The notes under the pieces: generated by a model
Told to the model about the DNA's origin: nothing
What the model saw: only the letters and a program-made list of their open reading frames with translations
The model's database searches: none
DNA from: Terriglobales bacterium
GTDB lineage: Bacteria > Acidobacteriota > Aminicenantia > Aminicenantales > Saccharicenantaceae
Reading direction: 5' to 3'
Length of the DNA stretch: 64,000 nucleotides
NCBI GenBank assembly: GCA_035543515.1
Contig: DATKJS010000124.1
Coordinates: 8,968 to 72,967, forward strand
Shown here: piece after piece, positions 25,279-33,224 of the stretch
Numbering within the stretch: the first letter of the stretch is position 1
Layout of the letters: every line of letters starts with the position of its first letter
Translations under genes and position numbers: made by a program

Positions 25279-27408
25279 CTAGCGAATAAGGATTTTCGAG
25301 TCGCCGGTCGAGAGGACGATGGACTGGCCGGTCGTGCCATAGGCTGAATAGCTGCCGATGGTGACCGCGGTCTCGCCGGGGCCCGCGGCCGTGAAGACAA
25401 GGGCGGCGACGATGCCCTGGCCCTTGAACCCCTGGCCCATGGGGCCGGTGACGCCCAGCGTGCAGCTCGATTCCGAGGAGTAGCTCGTGAACCTGGCCTG
25501 TCCTCCCATCTGCTTCGCGATACCGCCCTCGACGACCTCCTTGAGCTTGACGACCTGCGGGTTGAAGCCGATGTTGATCGTCATCACGCCGATCTCCTTC
25601 TCCGACGCGAGCTCGACGTTGACGCGGAACTCCCGGTCCTTAGGGATCTCGAAGCTGGCGGGGGTCAGGTAAAGCGCGTTGGCCGCCTCCTCCCCGGGCT
25701 CCTCGGGCTGGTTCTCCGCGAGGGCGGCCTGCTCCACCATTTGCTCGACCCCGGCCGCCTGTCCGGACGGCAGGCCCGTCCTGATGTTGTTGGGGTCGAC
25801 CCAGACGGGCTTGGCGTCCTCCTCCGAAAGCGCCAACGGGCGGATGATGTGTGGGGTGATGGTCAGGATGAGGTCGGTCTGGTCGATCATCGTCCTGGTG
25901 TACGAGAAGATGCTCCCGATGATCGGCAGGCTCTTCAGGCCCGTGATCCCCGTGACCTGCTTCTGCTCCTGGTCCTTGAGGAGGCCGGCCAGCAGGCTCG
26001 TCTCCCCGTCCTTGAGGCGGATCGTGTTCTTGATCTCCCGCGTGGCGATCGTCGGATAACCATAGCTGTTGTAGCCGGAGATCGCGGAGACCTTGATCTC
26101 GGCCTCGATCGTGACCTCTCTCTCCAGGTGGATCCGGGGCTTCAGCTTGAGGTCGATGCCAACGTCCTGCTGCGTGAACTGGGTGATGGCCTGGGAAGTC
26201 GTCGTCCCTCCCGTGATCGGGGTGTACGACGCGGTCAGGATGGGGACCTTGTCGCCGACAAGGTATTTCATGTCCTCCCCGGTCACCCCCCGGATCTTGG
26301 GCTGGGCGATGATCTTCGTGTGGGAATCCCCCTCGAGGAACTGGAGGGCCGCCGCCGGGTTGGTGAATTGGTAGCTGCTCAGCCGGCCGAGCTTGAGGCC
26401 GCTGAGATTGACCCAGCCCGAATCACTGCCGGGGCTGATCTCGGGGTTGAGCTCGACGGAGAGGGCCGTCTTGCTGAAGTCGATGCCGAGCTGCCGCAGC
26501 AGGCTCCGCTCGACCTCCATGATCTCGACGTCGATGAGGACCTCCGGCTGGGCCTTGTCCCAGGCCCGAAGGAGCCTCTCGGCCTGGGCCACGGCCTGCG
26601 GGGTGTCGCGGATGGTGATCGAGTTCAGGTTCTTGTCGACCTGGACGGTCGGGATCTTCGTTTGCGTCTTGATCATGTTGACGAGGGCGAGCTGAACGTC
26701 CTGGGCGTTGATGTTCGACAGGTAGAAGGTCCGGATGACGAGGAGCTCGTACTTCTGCCGCATCGTGAAGTTGTCCGGGGCGATGATGACCGTCTTGTCG
26801 TCGACGACGCGGGAGAAGTTCTTGCTGGCGACGCAGAGGTAATTGACGGCCTGCTCCAGGTCCTTGCCGGTCAGGTCGACGGCCAGGTTCATGTCCCGGT
26901 AGGTCTCGTCGTAGATGAACGTCACTCCCGACGTCCGGGCCAGGGTGTCGAGGATCGACTTGAGCGAGACGGGGGTGCGGAAGTTGATGTTGAGCTTCTC
27001 GCCGCTGGTCTTGAGCTTGACCGGGGACTCGGGCACGACCCCCGCCGGCTTCACCGGCTTCGGCGCGGGCGCCTCGAGGGCCCTGACCTCCGCGGCCGCG
27101 ACCCCGTTCTGGGGCTCGTAGGAGAGGACCATCGCGTACTCCGCCAGGGCTTCCTTCTTCTTCCCGTGGGCCGCCAGCGCCCGGGCCTGGCGCAGGTGGA
27201 AGAGGGCCGCGGACCCCTTGGCCCGGGCCAGGGCCAGGCGGTAGACGGGTTCCTTCGGGTCCTGAGCCATGGCCTTCTCATAGGACTGGATCGCAGAGTC
27301 GAAGTCGCTGTTGAGCTCGGCTCTCGCGCCCTGCCGATAATACGGGCTGACGGTCGCGCAGGCCGCGACCGCCATCGCGACGACGAGCATGGCGCCGATC
27401 TTTTTCAT
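25279..27408 (-). CDS. pilQ: Type IV pilus secretin PilQ (TPR N-domain, secretin, C-terminal extra beta domain)
   Basis: A signal peptide is followed by TPR-like helices and a secretin domain (GETSLLAGLLKDQEQKQVTGITGLKSLPIIGSIFS...LILTITPHIIR). About 150 extra C-terminal residues are present. Confidence 0.85.
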   Translation of the reverse strand: MKKIGAMLVVAMAVAACATVSPYYRQGARAELNSDFDSAIQSYEKAMAQDPKEPVYRLALARAKGSAALFHLRQARALAAHGKKKEALAEYAMVLSYEPQNGVAAAEVRALEAPAPKPVKPAGVVPESPVKLKTSGEKLNINFRTPVSLKSILDTLARTSGVTFIYDETYRDMNLAVDLTGKDLEQAVNYLCVASKNFSRVVDDKTVIIAPDNFTMRQKYELLVIRTFYLSNINAQDVQLALVNMIKTQTKIPTVQVDKNLNSITIRDTPQAVAQAERLLRAWDKAQPEVLIDVEIMEVERSLLRQLGIDFSKTALSVELNPEISPGSDSGWVNLSGLKLGRLSSYQFTNPAAALQFLEGDSHTKIIAQPKIRGVTGEDMKYLVGDKVPILTASYTPITGGTTTSQAITQFTQQDVGIDLKLKPRIHLEREVTIEAEIKVSAISGYNSYGYPTIATREIKNTIRLKDGETSLLAGLLKDQEQKQVTGITGLKSLPIIGSIFSYTRTMIDQTDLILTITPHIIRPLALSEEDAKPVWVDPNNIRTGLPSGQAAGVEQMVEQAALAENQPEEPGEEAANALYLTPASFEIPKDREFRVNVELASEKEIGVMTINIGFNPQVVKLKEVVEGGIAKQMGGQARFTSYSSESSCTLGVTGPMGQGFKGQGIVAALVFTAAGPGETAVTIGSYSAYGTTGQSIVLSTGDSKILIR

Positions 27409-27890
27409 GGCCGGTCTCCTTGTCGAGTGAACGTCCTGCGTTCGGACTTCGGCCCCTCGACCTCGATCTCGTCGGGGGTGATGCGGAGGACCTTGTAGCC
27501 CGGGATGATCTCGTCGCCGACGGCCAAGGGCGTCGTCTGGCCGTTCCGCATGACCAGGGCGGTCGTCGTCCCGCCGGACTTGATCGAACCGACGTAGACG
27601 AGGTCCAGGGCGAAGGACGGGGCTTCGGACGCCGCCGCCCCCCTGGCCTTCGGCGCCTGGCCCCGCGCGGCCGGCGGGGCGGCGGGCAGGCGCGGCGACT
27701 GCGGCCGGAAGATGTCGCGGCGCGGCGCGGGGACCCCCTCCGGCACCGCGGCGAGGAGGTCCTTGCGGACGAGGGGCGTCGCCGGAGCGGCCGCGGGCGC
27801 CTTTTTCGTCCGGGCCGGCTGGGGCGCGGCGGCCAGGGCAGCCAATAGCCCGAGGACGACGAGGGCGACCGCCGGCCGCTCAGTTCTCAT
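27405..27890 (-). CDS. pilP: Pilus assembly protein PilP-like
   Basis: The position between pilO and pilQ fits PilP. It has a signal peptide, a Pro/Ala-rich linker and a C-terminal beta domain (LVYVGSIKSGGTTTALV...LAVGDEIIPGYKVLRI). Confidence 0.6.
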   Translation of the reverse strand: MRTERPAVALVVLGLLAALAAAPQPARTKKAPAAAPATPLVRKDLLAAVPEGVPAPRRDIFRPQSPRLPAAPPAARGQAPKARGAAASEAPSFALDLVYVGSIKSGGTTTALVMRNGQTTPLAVGDEIIPGYKVLRITPDEIEVEGPKSERRTFTRQGDRP

Positions 27891-28440
27891 AGTACCCCGC
27901 CAGCGTCAGCCGCAGATTGAGGAGCCCGGTCTCCGTATCGGTCTTCTGGAAATCGATCTTCTCCACGGCCAGGAATTTCGGGAACTTCTCGACCATCCCC
28001 AGGAACCTTTTCAGGTCGGCATAGCTCCCGCTATAGCCGAAGGTGACGACGACCTTCTTGATGGGGACCTTCGCGATGTCGGAATACCGGTAGCCGATGT
28101 CCGGGACGTCCATGCCTCCCCGCGCGAAGATCTGCTGGAGGTCGCGCCTGAGGGATTGGTAAACGCTTGCCCCGTCGTAGAAGGACTTGCCGCGGAGGGA
28201 GTCCAGGTCGCTCCGCGCCTGCTGCCAGCGGAGCCATTCGGCCTTGGCCTCGGCCTGGGAGGCGTCGGCCCGCCGGGCGCCCGCCCGGAGCTCCGCGAGC
28301 GTGTCCCGGGCCTCGAACACCCGCGTCCGCTGCCCCACGGCCAGGACGAAGAAGAGCGCGGCGGACAGGACGACGGCCGCGGCGAGACGCTCGAGCGTCC
28401 TGCGCTCCCGGTCGTCCATGCGGCTAAATAACGCGTTCAT
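27880..28440 (-). CDS. pilO: Pilus assembly protein PilO-like
   Basis: A single N-terminal transmembrane segment is followed by a coiled coil and a ferredoxin-like periplasmic domain. Gene order supports the call. Confidence 0.6.
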   Translation of the reverse strand: MNALFSRMDDRERRTLERLAAAVVLSAALFFVLAVGQRTRVFEARDTLAELRAGARRADASQAEAKAEWLRWQQARSDLDSLRGKSFYDGASVYQSLRRDLQQIFARGGMDVPDIGYRYSDIAKVPIKKVVVTFGYSGSYADLKRFLGMVEKFPKFLAVEKIDFQKTDTETGLLNLRLTLAGYYEN

Positions 28441-28987
28441 AGCTCAGCGAGATCTCCGAGACCAGCCGTCCCTCCTCGTCCCGGGAGTCGCTCTCGACGC
28501 GGCTGGTGAACTTGCGGGCGTTGAGGTTGTTGAGGAAGACGAGGAGGTCGTCGAGGCCGGCCGATATGACCTTGACCCTGAGGGTGACCGTCTGCTCCCC
28601 CGAGAAGTTCGGCGTCAGGGAGGTGATGTAGGCGGAGTCGGGCAGCGCCGCCTCGAGCTCCGAGAAGAACCGTGCCCAGGAGAAGGTCTTCTGGAAGATG
28701 ATCCGATTGACGACCTCGACCTCGGCCTTGTCGGCCTGCTCGGCCTTCCGGACCTCGGCCTTGAGCCGGCGTTCCTCCTTGGCGGCGGCATCCCGGCGGG
28801 CGCTCGCCTCGGCCAGCGAGACCCGCAGCCGCCGCGCCTCCAGCCCGTACTTGACCAAAGTGAAGGCCGTCAGTCCGAGGAGAAGGGCGCAGGCCGCGGC
28901 CAGCACGGCCCGGGCCAGGAGATAGAACCTCCGGTTCCGGACGGGCCGCGTGGCCAGGTTCAGCAGGAGCGTCCCGTTCGCGCTCAT
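28424..28987 (-). CDS. pilN: Pilus assembly protein PilN-like
   Basis: An N-terminal transmembrane segment (FYLLARAVLAAACALLLGLTAF) and a coiled coil are present. Gene order supports the call. Confidence 0.6.
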   Translation of the reverse strand: MSANGTLLLNLATRPVRNRRFYLLARAVLAAACALLLGLTAFTLVKYGLEARRLRVSLAEASARRDAAAKEERRLKAEVRKAEQADKAEVEVVNRIIFQKTFSWARFFSELEAALPDSAYITSLTPNFSGEQTVTLRVKVISAGLDDLLVFLNNLNARKFTSRVESDSRDEEGRLVSEISLSYERVI

Positions 28988-29913
28988 GCGATGAGCCCCA
29001 TGAGCGGCGCCAGAGCCGCCTTCTCCCGCGCATCCCAGTCCCCGGGCGCGTCGTAGTCGATGACCTCCGCGGCGAGCGGCAGGGCCTCGTTCAGCCGCGA
29101 GACGACGTCGGGGCCCTCATCCGCGGTCCCCGAGCGGACCCAGACCCGCTCGACCTTCCGTCGCTCCCTGTCCTCGAGGAAATGGACGGTGTTCTCGACC
29201 TCGTTGACGACGAGGTCGGCCCGGGCCTCGGCCGAGAGGTCCGGCCCGAACGCCTTCTGCCGATAGAGCGTCCAGGCGGCGTCCATGAAGGCGAGAAAGC
29301 TCAGGCAATCCGGCTCGATGTCGAGGACCAGGCCGTTCGCCGGCGGCCGGACGCCGACGAGGTTGACCAGGCTCAGGGAGGGCACGGTGACCGCGCCGAC
29401 GCGCATCCCGGCCGCCTCGAACAAGCCCTCGTATTCCCGGATGACGGCCTCCCGCGCGGCGGAGACCATGACCCTGCCCGCCGCGGCGCCGGCCGGGGCG
29501 TCGGAGGCGAGGCGGAGGTCGCCGGGCAGGAGCGGCATCAGCTTGCCGACCCGCCAGCGCAGGAAGGCCTGGCGCTCGACCCCCGAGGCGGGCATGCCCT
29601 CGACGGCCAGGATGAAGTTCCTGACGCACGGTTCGGGGATGAGCAGGGCGGCGGTCCCGCTCCGGAGCTTGAGCTCGTCCTTGGCCCGGTCGATGGCGGC
29701 CCGGACCGCGGGCGCATCCGCCAAGTTCGGGCGGTCAAAGGAGGGGGCCAGGGCGCCCGAGGTCAGGGGCCGGACGCAGCGGCCCCGGGGGGGGCGGCCT
29801 CGGCCCGAGGGGCGCAGCCCGGTCAGCCGGCCCGGCTCGAGCTCGAAGGCGGCGTCGGGCAGGGGCCGCCCGAGGAAGGCGGTCCCGAGGCTCTCGAGGA
29901 TCGGCACCGGCAT
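28984..29913 (-). CDS. pilM: Pilus assembly protein PilM-like (actin-like ATPase fold)
   Basis: Real start at 29913 (MPVPILESLG), overlapping the pilB stop by 1 nt. The upstream 73 codons of the track ORF are spurious. Confidence 0.65.
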   Translation of the reverse strand: MPVPILESLGTAFLGRPLPDAAFELEPGRLTGLRPSGRGRPPRGRCVRPLTSGALAPSFDRPNLADAPAVRAAIDRAKDELKLRSGTAALLIPEPCVRNFILAVEGMPASGVERQAFLRWRVGKLMPLLPGDLRLASDAPAGAAAGRVMVSAAREAVIREYEGLFEAAGMRVGAVTVPSLSLVNLVGVRPPANGLVLDIEPDCLSFLAFMDAAWTLYRQKAFGPDLSAEARADLVVNEVENTVHFLEDRERRKVERVWVRSGTADEGPDVVSRLNEALPLAAEVIDYDAPGDWDAREKAALAPLMGLIA

Positions 29914-31520
29914 CACTCCACGAACGTCACCTTGTTCAGCTCCCGCAGGCTGGTGACCCCATCGAAGACCTTCTCCAGCCCGACCTCCCGGATGAAGACC
30001 ATGCCCTCCGCCTTGGCCCGTTTCTTGACCTCGGAAAGGGGCTTCTTCTCCAGGATGAGCTCCCGGATCGGGTCCGAGAGCTCCAGGATCTCGGCGATGG
30101 CCGTCCGCCCCTTGTAGCCGGTCTGGTGGCACTCGGGGCAGCCCTTAGGCTCGTAGAAGGTCCGGCCGACGCTCGAGGCCAGGTCGACGCCCGACTCGAA
30201 GAGCTGGGCGGCCGTGTAGTCGACGGGCGCCTTGCACCGCGGACAGAGGACGCGAACAAGCCGCTGGGCCAGGATGCAGTTGAGGGCCGAGATGAAGCTG
30301 TACGGGTCGACCTGCATATGCAGGAACCGGCCGATGACGTCGAAGACGTTGTTGGCGTGGACAGTCGTGAAGACGAGGTGGCCGGTCAGGGCCGACTGGA
30401 TGGCGATCTGGGCCGTCTCGGGGTCGCGGATCTCGCCGACCATGATCTTGTCCGGGTCGTGCCGGAGGATGGAGCGCAGGCCCCGGGCGAAGGTCAGGCC
30501 CTTCTTCTCGTTGACCGGGATCTGGGTGATGCCGTCGATCTGGTACTCGACCGGGTCCTCGATGGTCACGATCTTGTCCTCGGGCGACTTGATCTCGGTC
30601 AGGGCGGCGTAGAGCGTCGTCGTCTTGCCGCTCCCGGTCGGGCCGGTGACAAGGATCATGCCGTAGGGCTGGGTGATGTACTTACGGAACTTCTTCTGAA
30701 GGGCGTCGGAGAAGCCGAGGAGGTCCAGACGCAGCTCCCGGATGGCCTCGGTGATCATCTCCTTGTCCAGGATGCGGATGACCGCGTCCTCGCCGTAGAT
30801 GCAGGGCATGATGGAGACGCGGAAGTCGATCGTTTTGTCCTTGATCTTCAGCCGGAAGCGGCCGTCCTGGGGGACCCGGCGCTCGGCGATGTCGAGGTCG
30901 GACATGACCTTGATGCGGGAGATGATCGGCGACTGGAAGCGCTTGTCGATAGCCTCCATGGCCTCGCCGAGGACGCCGTCGATGCGGTATTTGATCTTGA
31001 CGTCGTCGTCCTTGCTCTCGATGTGGATGTCGCTGGCCCGCTTCTGGACGGCCGTGAGGATGATCGTGTGGACGAGCTTGATGATCGAACCGTCCTGGTC
31101 GGCCAGCTTCTCGATGGAGATGACGTCCTCCTCCTCGCCGCTCTCCCGCTCCACGACCTGGGTGATGAAGCCCTCGGTCGCGTCCTTGAGGACCTGCATG
31201 GCGGTCTCGCTCTTGCGCAGGGCCTCCTGGATGGCCCGCTTGGAGGCGGCGTAGACCTGGACCTTCTTCCCCAGGAAGGCCTCGATGGCGTCGATGCCGG
31301 CGATGTCGGAGGGGTCGGCCACGGCGATCTTCATGACGTCCCCGGCGTCCTCGAAGGGGACGAAGTTCAGGCGGTGGAGGAACTCGACCGGGATGCTCTG
31401 GACGAGGCCCCGGTCGAGGGCCTGGCGCTCCAGGTCGATCGTCGGGACGTGGTAGCGCTCGGCGAGCTTGCGCGCCGCCCGCTCCTCCTCCCGGATGTCG
31501 GCGATGTCTTCCTTGGTCAT
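29913..31520 (-). CDS. pilB: Type IV pilus assembly ATPase PilB (GspE family)
   Basis: Walker A GPTGSGKTTTL, Asp and His boxes, and the tetracysteine motif CPRC...CPEC are present. The protein is 535 aa. Confidence 0.9.
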   Translation of the reverse strand: MTKEDIADIREEERAARKLAERYHVPTIDLERQALDRGLVQSIPVEFLHRLNFVPFEDAGDVMKIAVADPSDIAGIDAIEAFLGKKVQVYAASKRAIQEALRKSETAMQVLKDATEGFITQVVERESGEEEDVISIEKLADQDGSIIKLVHTIILTAVQKRASDIHIESKDDDVKIKYRIDGVLGEAMEAIDKRFQSPIISRIKVMSDLDIAERRVPQDGRFRLKIKDKTIDFRVSIMPCIYGEDAVIRILDKEMITEAIRELRLDLLGFSDALQKKFRKYITQPYGMILVTGPTGSGKTTTLYAALTEIKSPEDKIVTIEDPVEYQIDGITQIPVNEKKGLTFARGLRSILRHDPDKIMVGEIRDPETAQIAIQSALTGHLVFTTVHANNVFDVIGRFLHMQVDPYSFISALNCILAQRLVRVLCPRCKAPVDYTAAQLFESGVDLASSVGRTFYEPKGCPECHQTGYKGRTAIAEILELSDPIRELILEKKPLSEVKKRAKAEGMVFIREVGLEKVFDGVTSLRELNKVTFVE

Positions 31521-31541
31521 TCCGCTACTCCCGCGACCCCT

Positions 31542-32750
31542 TCATCTCGTGATCCTGATGACGTTGAAGATGGGGAGATAGATGGCCAGCAGCATGCCGG
31601 CGACGACCAGCCCCATGAAGATGATGACGATCGGCTCGATCAGGGACACCAGCGTATCGATTTTAACACGGATGCGCTCGTCATAGAAGTCGGCCACGTC
31701 GCCCAGCATCCCCTGAAGGTTGGCCGAGGTCTCGCCCACCCGGATCATGTCCAACGCCAGGGCCGGCAGGGCTTCCGCCTTGGCCAGGGATTCGGACAGC
31801 CCCTCGCCGTTCTTGATGGAATCGGGGACGGTCGCCATCCGCCGGCCCAGCGACGCGTTGGGAACGGCCTGGATGGCGATGCCGATGCTCTGGAGGAGGG
31901 TGATGCCCGCCTCGAGGAGGAGGCCGAGCGTCCGGCAGAAGACGGCAACGCTCGACTCGAGCCAGATCCCCTTCCCGTACGGGACGCGAAGCTTCAGGCC
32001 GTCCAGCCGGAGGCGGAAGTCCGGCCTCTTCCTCTGGCTGAGATAGACGAGGACGAGGACGGCCAGGAGGGCCGGGATGACGTACCAGCGCGCGTTTACG
32101 GCCATGGATACGGACATGAGGGCCCGGGTGATGCCCGGCAGCTGGGCCTGGAAGTCCTGGTAGAAGCCGGCGAAGCGGGGCAGGATGAAGTTGACGAGGA
32201 TGCCGAAGAGGATGAAGGCGAAGATGATGAGGATGGTCGGATAGGCCAGGGCAGAGCGGACCCGGGCCCTGGTCTGGGAGATGACCTTGGCGTACTGGAC
32301 GTAGCGGGTTAGGGCCCCGGGCAGGTTGCCGCTCCGCTCGCCGGCCAGCAGGCTGGCCGTGTAGACCGTGCCGAACATCTTCTCATAGGGCAGGAAGGCC
32401 TCCGAGAGGGCCTTGCCGAGCCTGACCTCGTCGGCCACTTTGGTCAGGAGCTCCCTGAGGTAGAGGTTCTTGAGCCGGCCGGAGATCGCCTCCAGGCTGC
32501 GGAGGATGGGGTAGCCCGACCGGATGAGGGCCACGAGCTCCTGGTTGAAGAGGATGAAGTCCTTGTCCTTGATCTTGCGGCCGAAGCGGAAGCCCTGGAC
32601 GTCGAGGGCCCTCCAATCCCGGCGGACGGAGAGGACGAGAAGGCCCTCCGCCTCGAGGGATTTGCGGCATTCCTCGGCCGAGGCCGCGAGCACGTTCCGG
32701 ACGACGGGGCGCCCGCTTTCGCCGGCGGCCCGGCAGGTGAAAATCGGCAT
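31542..32750 (-). CDS. pilC: Type IV pilus platform protein PilC (GspF family)
   Basis: 402 aa with two GspF repeats and three transmembrane segments. Confidence 0.9.
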   Translation of the reverse strand: MPIFTCRAAGESGRPVVRNVLAASAEECRKSLEAEGLLVLSVRRDWRALDVQGFRFGRKIKDKDFILFNQELVALIRSGYPILRSLEAISGRLKNLYLRELLTKVADEVRLGKALSEAFLPYEKMFGTVYTASLLAGERSGNLPGALTRYVQYAKVISQTRARVRSALAYPTILIIFAFILFGILVNFILPRFAGFYQDFQAQLPGITRALMSVSMAVNARWYVIPALLAVLVLVYLSQRKRPDFRLRLDGLKLRVPYGKGIWLESSVAVFCRTLGLLLEAGITLLQSIGIAIQAVPNASLGRRMATVPDSIKNGEGLSESLAKAEALPALALDMIRVGETSANLQGMLGDVADFYDERIRVKIDTLVSLIEPIVIIFMGLVVAGMLLAIYLPIFNVIRITR

Positions 32751-32816
32751 TGGAATCAGCTATCCCTGGACAAAAATCGTCAGCGGCACATCTCCCAATC
32801 TAGTCTACGCCACTCT

Positions 32817-32849
32817 CTTTTGTCAAACGGGCGGCGGCCTGATTGACAA
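32817..32849. promoter_or_regulatory. Inverted repeat TTTGTCAA-N16-TTGACAAA in the pilC / sensor-kinase divergent region
   Basis: The palindrome is perfect. Read on the minus strand it gives TTGACA-18-TAGATT, a plausible pilC promoter. The same 8-mer half-sites recur at 41883-41916. Confidence 0.45.
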
Positions 32850-32877
32850 AGGGCGCGGAAAGACTTACCCTTGAAAC

Positions 32878-33153
32878 GTGAAAAAAGCGGCTGGCGTTGC
32901 CGTTGGAGCCATCCTGTTCAGCCTGCTCGCCGCCTCCCGGGCGTCCCTCCCCGCTAAAACCGTCGGCGGGCCGGGCGCCCCCCAGGCCGTCGTCCAGGAC
33001 GTCCAACCGCCCAAGTATGATTACATGAGCGCGTTCCGCTCCCGGAGCACCCGGCCCCTCGGGCTCAAGGAGGACCCGGCCCTCAAAACCATGCTTGACC
33101 AGGGAGCCGTCCGGTGGGCCATCCGGGCCGGCTTCCGGCAGGTGCTCGACTAG
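32878..33153 (+). CDS. Small hypothetical secreted protein (GTG start)
   Basis: It begins with a signal-peptide-like N-terminus VKKAAGVAVGAILFSLLAASRASLP and is followed by a T9 run at 33156-33164. Support is weak. Confidence 0.3.
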   Translation: MKKAAGVAVGAILFSLLAASRASLPAKTVGGPGAPQAVVQDVQPPKYDYMSAFRSRSTRPLGLKEDPALKTMLDQGAVRWAIRAGFRQVLD

Positions 33154-33224
33154 GCGTTTTTTTTTATGAACTGGATTCATTTTTTTGGATTCGCCGGGCC
33201 CGGGGGCGAAGGGGGCCTGAGACC

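Noticed and set aside
30126-32312. 728-aa plus-strand ORF opposite pilB/pilC
   Set aside because: It is an Asp/Gly/Leu-rich antisense frame. pilB and pilC on the minus strand carry strong family motifs.
33153-33170. T9 run after the small ORF at 32878-33153 as an intrinsic terminator
   Set aside because: The preceding stem (CCGG...CCGG) is weak and the upstream ORF is itself poorly supported, so it is kept only as a note.
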